Source of the DNA: Anaerolineae bacterium
GTDB lineage: Bacteria > Chloroflexota > Anaerolineae > Epilineales > Epilineaceae
Direction of reading: 5' to 3'
Length of the DNA stretch: 38,506 nt
Assembly: GCA_029262755.1 (NCBI GenBank)
Contig: JAJCYU010000156.1
Span: forward strand, 1-38,506
In this document: piece by piece, positions 6,801 through 15,459 of the stretch
Position numbering within the stretch: the stretch's first letter is position 1
Layout of the letters: each line of letters begins with the position of its first letter
Translations under genes and position numbers: made by a program
Notes under the pieces: model-generated
The model's input: the letters and a program-made list of their open reading frames with translations, nothing else
The model's database searches: none
Told to the model about the DNA's origin: nothing

Positions 6801-8661
6801 CAGCATGCTCTACCCCCTGCCGGAGGCCATCGGCAATCCCAAGGAAGAGTTGCTCTGGGAGAAGGAGCTGATCGGCCTCTACCTTTCCGACCACCCGCTC
6901 CAACGGGCCGCGGCCTCGCTGCATGCCGTGGTGACGCACCTCACCGGCGATCTCGACCCAGATCTCAACGGGCAGCCGGCCACGATGGCGGGCATCGTCA
7001 CGAGCGTGCGCTCGATCACCACCAAAAAGGGCGCTCCGATGGCCTTCGTGCGCCTGGAAGACCTGCAGGGCGATCTCGAGTTGATCGTCTTCCCGCGCAC
7101 CTACGAGGCGACGCGCGCCGTGTGGGGCGTCGACCGCGTCGTGGTCGTGCAGGGCAAGATCGAGCACCGCGAAGACCGCGTCCAGCTGATCGTCGACCGC
7201 GCCGAACTCCACGACCCGGAGCATCCGGGCATCATCGCGGCCGCAGCCGCGGCCGCAGCCGCCGCCGTGATCGAGGCCCCTACGCCGCCCCTCGGCCCCG
7301 TAGCCACCGAAGTCGCGCTGCCCTTCGCGCACCCCACCTCCGAAGCGCCGCCCGCATGGGCCGTCGCCCACGCCGAGCGCGAAGAGGACGAGGCGCCCTT
7401 GCAGCGACCGACGCCGTCCCCGATGCAAGAGCCACCGGTCACCACGCAGGCTCCGGCGGCGTCGGCAATCGATCAACCACCGCGCGCCAATCCCGTGTTT
7501 GAGCCGGACGAGATCGAACCGCACATGAGCGCTCCAAACGCGATCGATCCCTTGGTCGACGACCGCGTCGCCGTCGATCCGCTCCCCCTCGAGACGCCCG
7601 CGGCCGCTCTGAGCGAAGGCGACCGAAGGGCAAGCGCCCCTTCCACGACCGATCCGACGGAGGTCGATGTACCCGCGGCCGCTGCTCCGACGGACGACGC
7701 CGGCGATCCGGCGATCCACGCCGCAGAGCCGGCCGCCACGGAGCCCGCAGCGGCGGAAGCACCGACTGCACGTGCAACGGAGCCCAGCGCCGATCGCCCT
7801 GCGGCATCCACGTCGCCGTCACCGCTGGCTGGGAACGCGTCCCCCAACGCGCCGTCTACGCAGACGGCCACCGCACCGTCGTCGACACCGTTGCATTCGC
7901 CGTCGAAGCCCTCCACCCGTCGGCGGGCGCCTGCCCCGTCAAGCCGCGGCTGGGCCGGTCAGCCGGACGTACCGCTGCGCAATCCGGTGGAGACGCCCGA
8001 CGTTGCGGACCCCGTGAACGAGGAGACAACCGCGACCGCCATCGACCGCAACGTCACGACCAACGCGGATGTCGCGATTGATGCGGACCCCGGGAACGAC
8101 GCCACCGCCCTTCCAGCCGACCCCAGGCCCGACGATACAGCTGCGCTCGCTCCAGACCCCGTCGATACCAACGGTTCCGCTACCAACGGTGCCGATACAG
8201 TGCGCGTCGATTCTCCGCCCGACGTCGGCACGCACCCCAACCCGGTAGAGGTCGAGAACCCCGCTGCGATCCCCGCTGCGTCCTCCCCTGCTATCCCCGT
8301 CGCGATCCCCGCCGAAGTCGCCGCCACCGACCCCGCCGCCGCCGACAACGGGGTTGCGCCAACCACGAGCGGCGGCGCGGTCCTACGCCAAGGGCCGGAC
8401 GCGCCGCGCTACGTGCTGGCCGTCACGCTGCCGCGCCGGGACACGCAGGACGAGGCGATCGCCCTCCTCGGCGAGGTCTTTCAAACCTTGATCGACTACG
8501 ACGGGGCCGACACCTTTTCCTTGATCGTGCCGAACGGCCCCGAGCTCGTGGAGCTCGATTTTCCGAACCACGCAACGTGCTATTGCGTCGACCTGCTCGG
8601 CAAGCTCAAGGGCATCGTCGGTGAAGAGCGAATCCGCGTGCGTGCGACCGTAAGCGCGTGA
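3862..8661 (+). CDS. dnaE: DNA polymerase III alpha subunit (DnaE1-type) with a large low-complexity insertion before the C-terminal domain
   Basis: PHP motifs HLHCHSEYSLLDG, TDHG and TNDVHY; RGSGA; catalytic PDIDLDF; KVDFLGL; YGFNKAHA; clamp-binding QMSLF; OB fold (TKKGAPMAFVRLED). Confidence 0.98.
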   Translation: MAGFTHLHCHSEYSLLDGLARVPDLVSTAKERGFDALALTDHGVMFGAVQFYEHAVKAGIKPILGCEIYVAKRGRGDRDSKIDRKPYHLTVLAENQQGYRNLMALISHAQLEGFYYRPRADRELLERYNEGLVVFSGCPGSEVANHIIEGRMDGAREAANWYRTVFKGRYYIELMVHDIEFIPRLNVGLLQLAKELDLPTVATNDVHYCRDTDVSAHEVLLCVQTGKTMLDPDRMKIGDTFYLRTEAEMRHLFREMEDAVDRTAEVAERCDVTLTFNEYKLPLFDVPDGETAATFLRKQCEKGIAERYPTITEEVRTRLEYELSVIGQMGFDAYFLIVWDLCVFAAERGIWWNVRGSGAASIVAYSLRITNIDPLHHKLIFERFLNPSRVSMPDIDLDFPDDQRDLLIRYTFEKYGHDKVAQIITFGTMGARASVRDAGRALAMPLVDVDRIARMIPAIPGKSCSIADALRPSEGTEVNEFFSHDLASAYDLDPESKRLLDNAQRIEGVARHASTHAAGVVITDRPLVDYVPLHRPTRGAGDEDDITTTLAVTQYNMNDVEKLGLLKVDFLGLATLTVLRRAAELVERYHGKRYTLDTIPLDDPAIYELLSSGHVTGVFQVEGAGMRRMLREMRPQRFENVVAAIALYRPGPMEYIPTYIQRLHGKERVVFRHPSLEPILAETYGIIVYQEQIIQIARDLAGYDAGEADMIRKAVAKKIEKKLLLHRKKFVKGAVANGIPEHAAERTFEDIETFARYGFNKAHAADYAVIVCQTAYLKAHYPVEYAAALLAVERDDTEKIAIIAADCHRMGIELRQPDINRSELNFTIEAAQKDVEDGDRRKDEDKNEPNTPHDPAPTEPDGAAVPGRSVPALQHRRGIRFGLAAIKNVGTGHVETLIEAREEGGPFRDLEDLANRVDLRLVGKRALESLVKAGALDHFGGRATLLAALERVVQLSTSHYKAAEVGQMSLFGDAMPDSQASMLYPLPEAIGNPKEELLWEKELIGLYLSDHPLQRAAASLHAVVTHLTGDLDPDLNGQPATMAGIVTSVRSITTKKGAPMAFVRLEDLQGDLELIVFPRTYEATRAVWGVDRVVVVQGKIEHREDRVQLIVDRAELHDPEHPGIIAAAAAAAAAAVIEAPTPPLGPVATEVALPFAHPTSEAPPAWAVAHAEREEDEAPLQRPTPSPMQEPPVTTQAPAASAIDQPPRANPVFEPDEIEPHMSAPNAIDPLVDDRVAVDPLPLETPAAALSEGDRRASAPSTTDPTEVDVPAAAAPTDDAGDPAIHAAEPAATEPAAAEAPTARATEPSADRPAASTSPSPLAGNASPNAPSTQTATAPSSTPLHSPSKPSTRRRAPAPSSRGWAGQPDVPLRNPVETPDVADPVNEETTATAIDRNVTTNADVAIDADPGNDATALPADPRPDDTAALAPDPVDTNGSATNGADTVRVDSPPDVGTHPNPVEVENPAAIPAASSPAIPVAIPAEVAATDPAAADNGVAPTTSGGAVLRQGPDAPRYVLAVTLPRRDTQDEAIALLGEVFQTLIDYDGADTFSLIVPNGPELVELDFPNHATCYCVDLLGKLKGIVGEERIRVRATVSA

Positions 8662-8833
8662 TTCGTTATCCTGACGATCTTCGGGCAGTTGAATGACTGT
8701 CACCTCCCAAGAGACGGACGAGTTTCGGTTGGACGTGACTCCGGGGAACCTTTGCGCGTTGAAGGCACTAGTCAACGACCAGCGACCCGATCGGCGCCCG
8801 AGGAGACGCCGGCCCCTTGCGAGGGATGTGCCT

Positions 8834-9166
8834 GTGGCCGACACCACACCGCCGACAGAGACGAAGCGCCTGCGCATCGTGCGCGTGGCGGAACGAAGAC
8901 GACTGAGCGACATCGAAGTTCGATTCTACGTCGCACAGGGTGAGCGCACCCTCGATCCAGGCTGGGCCATCGTGCGCAAGCCCGATGGCACGAGCGCGAC
9001 CGTATTCTGGGATCCGCTGCAACACCGCTGGGTTGGCCGCGCGTATGACGGCGGCGAATTGCGCGTCGCGCCCGGCTGGGAACGCGAATCGCTTGACGAC
9101 GTGGCGGACTGGGTCAGCGAAGGCGCGGCCTACGCACGACTGCGCCGGGAGATCAGCGAAGGCTAA
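8834..9166 (+). CDS. Hypothetical protein (~110 aa, Trp-rich)
   Basis: GAGGGA RBS 7 nt before GTG at 8834; protein-like composition; the ORF extends upstream to 8693. Confidence 0.6.
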   Translation: MADTTPPTETKRLRIVRVAERRRLSDIEVRFYVAQGERTLDPGWAIVRKPDGTSATVFWDPLQHRWVGRAYDGGELRVAPGWERESLDDVADWVSEGAAYARLRREISEG

Positions 9167-9261
9167 AGGCTCGTCCGCGCCACCCGATGCTAGTGGACGA
9201 TGCGCATCCCGTCCGCGCCCAGTGCGCAGGGACGCGGATCGACAGCGGCTATCATGGTTCC

Positions 9262-10494
9262 ATGCCATCGCTCGATCCGTCTGACGATCCGTCTGCCGCG
9301 ACGTCCGCAGCCCGGTCCGCGGCGCTCCCTGCCGCCACGCCGGCGCGTGACCTGGTCGTCCTTGCCGAGGTCGCGGCTGCGCTCAACGCGCAGCCGGATC
9401 TGGAGCGCGCGCTGGAAGCCGCGTTGGCCAAGGTCGCGGCGCTCCTCGACCTGCGCACCGGGTGGGTCTGGCTGCTCGAGCCCAAAGGCGGCGCCAGCTA
9501 CGTGGCGGCGGCGCGTCACCTGCCGCCGGCACTGGCCGAGCATCCGGAGCGTCTCGCAGGCTCGTGCTATTGCCTCGACACGTTTCGGGACGGAGATCTC
9601 GAAGGCGCGGCCAACGTCAACGTCGTGCGCTGCAGCCGGCTGCGCTGGCTCGAGACGGGCACGGAGGGCCTGACACATCATGCGAGCATCCCACTCTATG
9701 CGGGGGAACAACGGCTAGGTCTGCTCAACGTCGCCGCGGACGACTGGCGCGAGCTGGACGACGACGATCTGCGCTTGCTGCATACGATCGGCGACTTGCT
9801 CGGCATCGCCATCGAGCGGGCGCGGCTCTACGACCGCAGCGTAGCGCTGGGCGCCGCCGAGGAGCGCAACCGGATCGCCCGCGAGATCCACGACACCTTG
9901 GCGCAAGGACTCACCGGCATCACGTTGCAGCTCGAAGCCGCGGAGGCCCTGCTTGAAGACAGGAGTCCCGATCAGGCAAAGCGCGCCGCCGCGGCCATCG
10001 GGCGCGCGCTCGACGCTACCCGCGAAGCCCTCGAGTCCGCACGCCGCTCCGTGCACGACCTGCGCGCCGCGCCTCTCGAGGAGCGGACGCTACCCGAGGC
10101 CCTCGCCGCGCTGGCGGCCGAGGTGGAAGCCGCCCATGGTTTGCCCGTCCGCACCGAGCTCGCGGCGCCGGCACGCCCGCTGCCGCCGCGCATCGAACAC
10201 GTCGTGTACCGCGTGGCACGCGAAGCACTCTTGAACGCGGCGCGCCATGCCGGTGCCGGCCATGCCCGTCTCGCCCTGCGCGTCGACGCCGCGCGACTCG
10301 AGCTGCGGATCGAGGACGATGGCCGCGGCTTCGACGTGTCACCAGCGCTCGGCACGGCGGGCGATCGCTACGGCCTCGTCGGCATGGACGAACGGGCGCG
10401 CGCCGAAGGCGGTACGCTTCGGATCGTATCCCACACCGACGTCGGCACGCGCGTCCGGCTGCGCATCCCTCTCTTGCACGAGACCCGCCCGTGA
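9262..10494 (+). CDS. Soluble GAF-domain sensor histidine kinase (HisKA_3/NarX-like) with a Cys motif
   Basis: TATCAT-N6-ATG start; GAF with GSCYC...CSRL; H-box EERNRIAREIHDTLAQ; N-box REALLNAARHA; DDGRGF; YGLVGMDERA. Confidence 0.93.
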   Translation: MPSLDPSDDPSAATSAARSAALPAATPARDLVVLAEVAAALNAQPDLERALEAALAKVAALLDLRTGWVWLLEPKGGASYVAAARHLPPALAEHPERLAGSCYCLDTFRDGDLEGAANVNVVRCSRLRWLETGTEGLTHHASIPLYAGEQRLGLLNVAADDWRELDDDDLRLLHTIGDLLGIAIERARLYDRSVALGAAEERNRIAREIHDTLAQGLTGITLQLEAAEALLEDRSPDQAKRAAAAIGRALDATREALESARRSVHDLRAAPLEERTLPEALAALAAEVEAAHGLPVRTELAAPARPLPPRIEHVVYRVAREALLNAARHAGAGHARLALRVDAARLELRIEDDGRGFDVSPALGTAGDRYGLVGMDERARAEGGTLRIVSHTDVGTRVRLRIPLLHETRP

Positions 10495-11342
10495 GCACGA
10501 ACGCGCGGGACGGGCGAGAGCGGGACGGGCGAGAGCGGGACGGGCGAGAGCGGGACGGGCGTGGGCGGGACGGGTCTGCGGGTGGCCGCGCAGCGAGTGG
10601 CCGCGCAGCGAGTGGCCGCGCACCGGATGGCCGCAGCATGGACGCTCTGGACCCGAACCCTGCCGCCCCCGCGCCGATCCGCGTCCTGATCGCGGACGAC
10701 CACCCGATCGTGCTCGACGGTCTGGCGGCGATCCTCGGCACGCAAGCCGGCATCACGGTCGTAGGGCGGGCGGAGGGCGGCGACGACGCCATCGCGCGCT
10801 ACGACGCGCTGCTGCCGGACGTCTTGCTGCTCGATCTCGAGATGCCGGGCACGGACGGCGTCGCCGTCCTACACGCCCTGCGTGGCCGCCACGGCGACGC
10901 GCTGCGCGCCCTCGTCTTCACCGCGTACCAGGACGATGCGCGCCTCATGGCCGCGCTACGCGCCGGCGCACGCGGCTATCTGCTCAAGGGCGCGCCGCGC
11001 GCAGAGCTCTTCGCGGCCATCCGTACCCTGGCAGCCGGGGGCGCCGCGCTTCCCCCCGCGCTGGCCGAACGCGTGCTCGACCGGGTGGCGGGCGACGCCG
11101 GTGGCGACGGCACGATCCCCACGGAGAGCCTCACCCCGCGCGAGACGGACGTCCTGGAACTGCTCGCGCAAGGCCGCACGAACCGCGAGATCGGTGCGGC
11201 GCTCACCATCGCGGAGCGCACCGTGAAGTTCCACGTGAGCCAGATTCTCGCCAAACTCGACGTGGGTAACCGCACGGAGGCCGTCAGCAAAGCAGCACGT
11301 CTTGGTATCGTCTCGCTCACCGGGCCGGATCGCGAAGGGTAG
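10491..11342 (+). CDS. NarL/LuxR-family response regulator (REC + HTH); alternative start at ATG 10638
   Basis: IRVLIADDHP, LLDLEMP, GYLLKG, LTPRETDVLELLAQGRTNREIG...ERTVKFHVSQILAKL; GTGA overlap with the kinase. Confidence 0.95.
   Translation: MSTNARDGRERDGRERDGRERDGRGRDGSAGGRAASGRAASGRAPDGRSMDALDPNPAAPAPIRVLIADDHPIVLDGLAAILGTQAGITVVGRAEGGDDAIARYDALLPDVLLLDLEMPGTDGVAVLHALRGRHGDALRALVFTAYQDDARLMAALRAGARGYLLKGAPRAELFAAIRTLAAGGAALPPALAERVLDRVAGDAGGDGTIPTESLTPRETDVLELLAQGRTNREIGAALTIAERTVKFHVSQILAKLDVGNRTEAVSKAARLGIVSLTGPDREG
10506..10640 (+). repeat. 15-nt in-frame minisatellite, 9 units in two sub-types
   Basis: cgggacgggcgagag x3 exact plus 2 variants, then (a/g)gtggccgcgcagcg-type x4. Confidence 0.95.
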
Positions 11343-11706
11343 ACAGGTCCGTGCGCAAAACCTGCTCTTAAGAATCGATCCTCCGGTCGAACAACCGGGG
11401 CGCCAGACGGGTCGCGCATCCGGGCAGCGTTCCGAAAACCGCGGCACCTCGCGATTCATGCGCACTCCGGGCTGATTGCCCGGACCGACGGGCACCATTA
11501 CCATCACCGCGTTCGCGCCATCGTGAGCGCAGAAGTCCCGACCCTGCCGAACATGGTCGATCCGGCACCGGTTGATCACGATTCGATGTCCTCTATCCAT
11601 TCCCACGATCTGTTCTTAATCCCGTGGCACCACACCATCCTGCCCGGTCTCGATGCGGCGACGGCGCCTACCGGCTTGCCGATCCCGCCTTCAGGAGGAA
11701 GCCGCC

Positions 11707-14700
11707 GTGTACCCACGCTCCTCGACATCCAACACGAACGCGCGTCCCAGCACGCGTCGATCGCCCGTGTCGCTCAGCGGGGTGCTCGGCACCCTGCTCA
11801 GCCCCCTGTTTGCGGCATTGCTCGCCGCGGGCTTCGCATCGTCCGCATCCGCCGCGCCGCAGCAGCGCCCCGAAGAGCCGAACACGGGCCCTGGTTTGGC
11901 GCCGATCCACGCCTCCATCTTGGAGGACGACGCCTGGGGTGATCCCACGGCCGAGCTACCCGTCCTGCTCGAGCTCGCCGGCCGCACCGGCCTGGAACGC
12001 TACCTGGACGCCGGAGGCGTGGTGGGTGCGAAGGATCCGGCCTCGGTCGCGCTTCGCGACCGCCTCTATGCGCGTCTCCACGTCGAACAAGCGCCGGCTG
12101 CCGCCTTCCTCGACAAGGTGGGCGTTTTCGTCGACCACACGTTTGACAGTGCCTTCAACGGCTTCCTCGTCTACGCCACGCCGGCGCAGATCGAGGCGCT
12201 ACGCTCTGCACCGGGCGTTTCGCGCATCCTCCGCGCACCCTATCACGAGCGCGCGCTCGACAACGCGGTGCCGACGATCGGCGCCGACCGGGTCCAGGCG
12301 GCGCTCGGCTACAAGGGCGCCGGAGTCAACATCGCGATTATCGACACCGGCATCGACTACTTCCACAAATCCCTGGGCGGAGACGGCAAGCCCAACGATT
12401 TCCGCAACAACAACCGCGCCTCGATCGAGCCCGGTTCCTTCCCGACCGAAAAGGTCGTGGGCGGCTACGACTTCGTCGGCTTCGCCTACACGGGCGGTCG
12501 TCCGGGTCCCGATTCGGATCCCGTCGACGATCAAAGCCACGGCTCGCACGTATCCGGGATTTCCGCCGGTATGCCGGGCAACCCCAACGTGCCGGCCGGC
12601 GTCGCGCCCGAGGCGAGCCTCATCGGACTGAAGGTCTTCGGCGCCCGCGGCGGGACGAACCACGTGGTACCCGCCCTGGAGTGGTGCGCGGACAGCAACA
12701 TGGACCTACCCGTTCCGGGCGTTCGCGCCCGCTGCGACGTGATCAACATGAGCCTCGGCAGTGGCTGGGCCTTCGGTATCCAGCCCTACATCGGCGTCAT
12801 CCGTCGGGTCTCGCAGGCGGGGGTCGTCATCCTTTCGGCCTCCGGCAACTCCGGCGACGTGGCCTTCATCACCGGCTCGCCCGGCGCCGCGCTGCACACG
12901 CTGTCTGTCGCCAGCACCGTAGCCGGCGGCGCGCGGGTCGACATGATCCGCGCCTATCACGGTGGGAACACCGAAGACATCGAGGCGCTGGAGGCCGATC
13001 CGCAGTTCGCGCCCCAGATGGCCGATATCGGCACCGTACGCGCGCCCATGAAGTGGTTGGGCCGCGCCTGTCTCGGCGACGTCAGCGAGAACGACGTCGC
13101 CGGCGCCATCGCGTTGATTTCCGCCGGCGGCTGCGGCCAGCGCGAGGTCATCGAGCGCGCCGCAAGCGAAGGCGCGGTGGGCGCTGTGCTCTACAACACG
13201 GTCGATCAGCTGCTGCCGGTCGGGACCGGCGGCGACAGCTTCGAGGACCGCGTGGCTATCCCCGCCTTCGGCATCGCCCTTTCCTCGGGCACGTACCTGC
13301 GTGACCTCCTCACCGGCGGCACGGCCGTCGAAGGCCACCTGGACGCAACCTTCAAGAACAGCATTCAAAAGGACAACCTCGGCGACACGATTTCCGGCTT
13401 CTCAAGCCGCGGCCCATCGCGCCTTGGCATCATCAACCGCGGCCAGGGCGGTGAGCTCAAGCCCGAGCTGGCCGCGCCCGGCTCCGCGATCCTCGCGCCC
13501 CTCTTCGGTACGGGCGATCGCGGCGCGCGCTTCAGCGGCACGTCCATGGCTACGCCCATGGTGGCCGGCGCCGCCGCGTTGCTCATCGAGCGCCTGCGCG
13601 ACATCGGGGTGCTTGCCGATGACATGCCGATCACGGCCGGCTCGAATCCGCAAAACATCGAGGCGCTCGATATCTCGGCCATGCTCGTCAACTACACCGC
13701 GACGGTCTTCGCGTCACCCGGAGTGCCCGCCGCGCTCGCCCGCGGCGGTTCGGGCCGCATCGACGTGCTCGCGGCCGCGCAGGCCGACACCATCGTGCGT
13801 GCCGGCGAGATCGCGTCGATCAACTACGGGCGCCGCCCCTTCAGCCTCAGCGAAGAGCTCGAGGGCATCTCGTTCACCATCAAGAACGTCGGCGCCACGG
13901 ACAAGACCTACCACATCCATGGCGAGATGCTCATGCGTGACGACCGCAACCGCGGGCTCGAGTTCCTCTTCACCAGCGGCGAGCTCACCGCGGACGACCG
14001 CATCATGGTGCCCGCCCAATCGAGCAAGGTGGTCACGGTGCGCCCGCTCATCACCCCCGAACGCCTGAAGCCCTTCGGCGCCTACGGCGGCGCCAACGTG
14101 TTCAGCGCAGGCCTGACCGACGCCGAGTACGATGCGCACATCTACGTCACCGAGGTCGACGGCGAGGGCGGCGATCCGCTGCCCGACGGCGACGAGGCCC
14201 GCGTGCCGATGTACCTCGTGCCGCGCGGCACCTCGCTGGTGCACGCAGCCGACGAGACCGTCACGGTCGATCGCGATACGGGTGTCGGCACGGCCGACTT
14301 CTTGAACGATTCCAAGGTCACCGGCCGCGCCGAGCTCTTCGCGCTGCTGGGCGAAGACTACGGTGACAACGTGGGCCCGCAGATGAACATCGAGCGCGTC
14401 GGCGCACGCGTTGCGGAAGACGAGGGGGGCCGGCGCTACGTCGAGTTCGCGCTGCAGACGCTGCGCCCGCGCCAGATCCCGCTCGAGAGCTCCTTCCGCA
14501 TCCTGCTCGATACGGACCGTGACGGCTCCATCGACTACATGATCCTCAACGACGACCTCGCCTGGTTCCTCGGTTCGCTCGGCGTGCGTGGGACGGGCCT
14601 CGCGGTCCAGGGCACGCAGCGCATGCTCATCGTCGAGGTCTCCGGCCAGAACCCCTTCGGCTTCAAGTTCCCGGTCGGCACCTTCGGAGGCGACTTCGCC

Positions 14701-15351
14701 CACGCAGCCTTCGCCGAGGTCACGCTCGACACGCGCCTGATCATCTTGCGCGCGCCCGTCGCAGCGCTCGACTACGGCGCCGACGAGCCCGTGGCATTCG
14801 ACGCCGTCGTGTGGCACCACGCCAACTTCGACGAGGTGCGCGGCGGCTCGCGCTGGGATACCTACGAGAGCGTGCCCGACGGCGGCTTCGTGATCAACGA
14901 CGGCGGCGGCCGCGTCAACGCCTCCGGCGTGCTGTACAACGACGTGCAGGTGACCACCGAGCGCATGACCTTCGACGAGGCGCAGCTGGGCTTCGGCGTC
15001 GACCGCTGGTCGCTCGAGGTCGAGCGCGACGGCGAGAACTTCGCGGAGGTCACCAAGCGCGCGGTCACGGGCGACAACGTGCTGGACAAAATCTGGGCCG
15101 TATACACCTTCAACACCCCGGACGAATTCTTCGAGGACGTGGTCGGCGACAACCAGATCCTGACGCTCCAAGAAGGCTCCGTCGGACCGCCGCCCACCCG
15201 GCCTCCGCTTCCGACCCCGACCTCCGGTCCCGCGACGCCCGGCCCCGTCGTCGCGACGCCGACGGCCGTGGCCACCCCGTCGGACTTCGAGCCGGTCGGC
15301 ATCATCTACCTGCCCTTGGGTGCCAAGAACGCGGAAATCCGGGCTCGCTGA
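11707..15351 (+). CDS. Secreted subtilisin-like S8 serine protease (Vpr/C5a-peptidase-like) with propeptide, PA insert, C-terminal beta domains, Pro/Thr linker and IYLPL tail
   Basis: AGGAGG RBS before GTG 11707; signal peptide ending ASA; triad IIDTG / HGSHV / GTSMATP; SGNSG; FSSRGP. Confidence 0.93.
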   Translation: MYPRSSTSNTNARPSTRRSPVSLSGVLGTLLSPLFAALLAAGFASSASAAPQQRPEEPNTGPGLAPIHASILEDDAWGDPTAELPVLLELAGRTGLERYLDAGGVVGAKDPASVALRDRLYARLHVEQAPAAAFLDKVGVFVDHTFDSAFNGFLVYATPAQIEALRSAPGVSRILRAPYHERALDNAVPTIGADRVQAALGYKGAGVNIAIIDTGIDYFHKSLGGDGKPNDFRNNNRASIEPGSFPTEKVVGGYDFVGFAYTGGRPGPDSDPVDDQSHGSHVSGISAGMPGNPNVPAGVAPEASLIGLKVFGARGGTNHVVPALEWCADSNMDLPVPGVRARCDVINMSLGSGWAFGIQPYIGVIRRVSQAGVVILSASGNSGDVAFITGSPGAALHTLSVASTVAGGARVDMIRAYHGGNTEDIEALEADPQFAPQMADIGTVRAPMKWLGRACLGDVSENDVAGAIALISAGGCGQREVIERAASEGAVGAVLYNTVDQLLPVGTGGDSFEDRVAIPAFGIALSSGTYLRDLLTGGTAVEGHLDATFKNSIQKDNLGDTISGFSSRGPSRLGIINRGQGGELKPELAAPGSAILAPLFGTGDRGARFSGTSMATPMVAGAAALLIERLRDIGVLADDMPITAGSNPQNIEALDISAMLVNYTATVFASPGVPAALARGGSGRIDVLAAAQADTIVRAGEIASINYGRRPFSLSEELEGISFTIKNVGATDKTYHIHGEMLMRDDRNRGLEFLFTSGELTADDRIMVPAQSSKVVTVRPLITPERLKPFGAYGGANVFSAGLTDAEYDAHIYVTEVDGEGGDPLPDGDEARVPMYLVPRGTSLVHAADETVTVDRDTGVGTADFLNDSKVTGRAELFALLGEDYGDNVGPQMNIERVGARVAEDEGGRRYVEFALQTLRPRQIPLESSFRILLDTDRDGSIDYMILNDDLAWFLGSLGVRGTGLAVQGTQRMLIVEVSGQNPFGFKFPVGTFGGDFAHAAFAEVTLDTRLIILRAPVAALDYGADEPVAFDAVVWHHANFDEVRGGSRWDTYESVPDGGFVINDGGGRVNASGVLYNDVQVTTERMTFDEAQLGFGVDRWSLEVERDGENFAEVTKRAVTGDNVLDKIWAVYTFNTPDEFFEDVVGDNQILTLQEGSVGPPPTRPPLPTPTSGPATPGPVVATPTAVATPSDFEPVGIIYLPLGAKNAEIRAR

Positions 15352-15459
15352 CCGCGTGGGTCCCTGTCCCCGCACCGGCGCGCCGGAGGCCGACGAGACG
15401 CCCGGCGCAGCGGCAGCCGTCTTCAGCGGCGCCACCACGGTGACTTCGGGGCCGACCAC

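Noticed and set aside
4882..7719. Long antisense ORFs (945 aa here; also 13714-16389, 25921-28056, 33459-34985 and others)
   Set aside because: Shadow frames of high-GC genes with strong codon bias; no recognisable motifs
3862..8661. Intein or DnaE2/ImuC identity to explain the long dnaE
   Set aside because: No Cys/Ser...His-Asn splice motifs or LAGLIDADG blocks; the extra length is low-complexity; DnaE1 features are present and imuA/imuB are absent
8745..8775. ECF-sigma promoter (GGAACC...GTCAA) upstream of the 8834 ORF
   Set aside because: Spacing between the putative -35 and -10 does not fit well; insufficient support
11343..11706. Riboswitch or small ORF (11523-11942) in the spacer before the first S8 protease
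   Set aside because: No recognisable aptamer consensus; the ORF lacks an RBS and overlaps the protease in another frame
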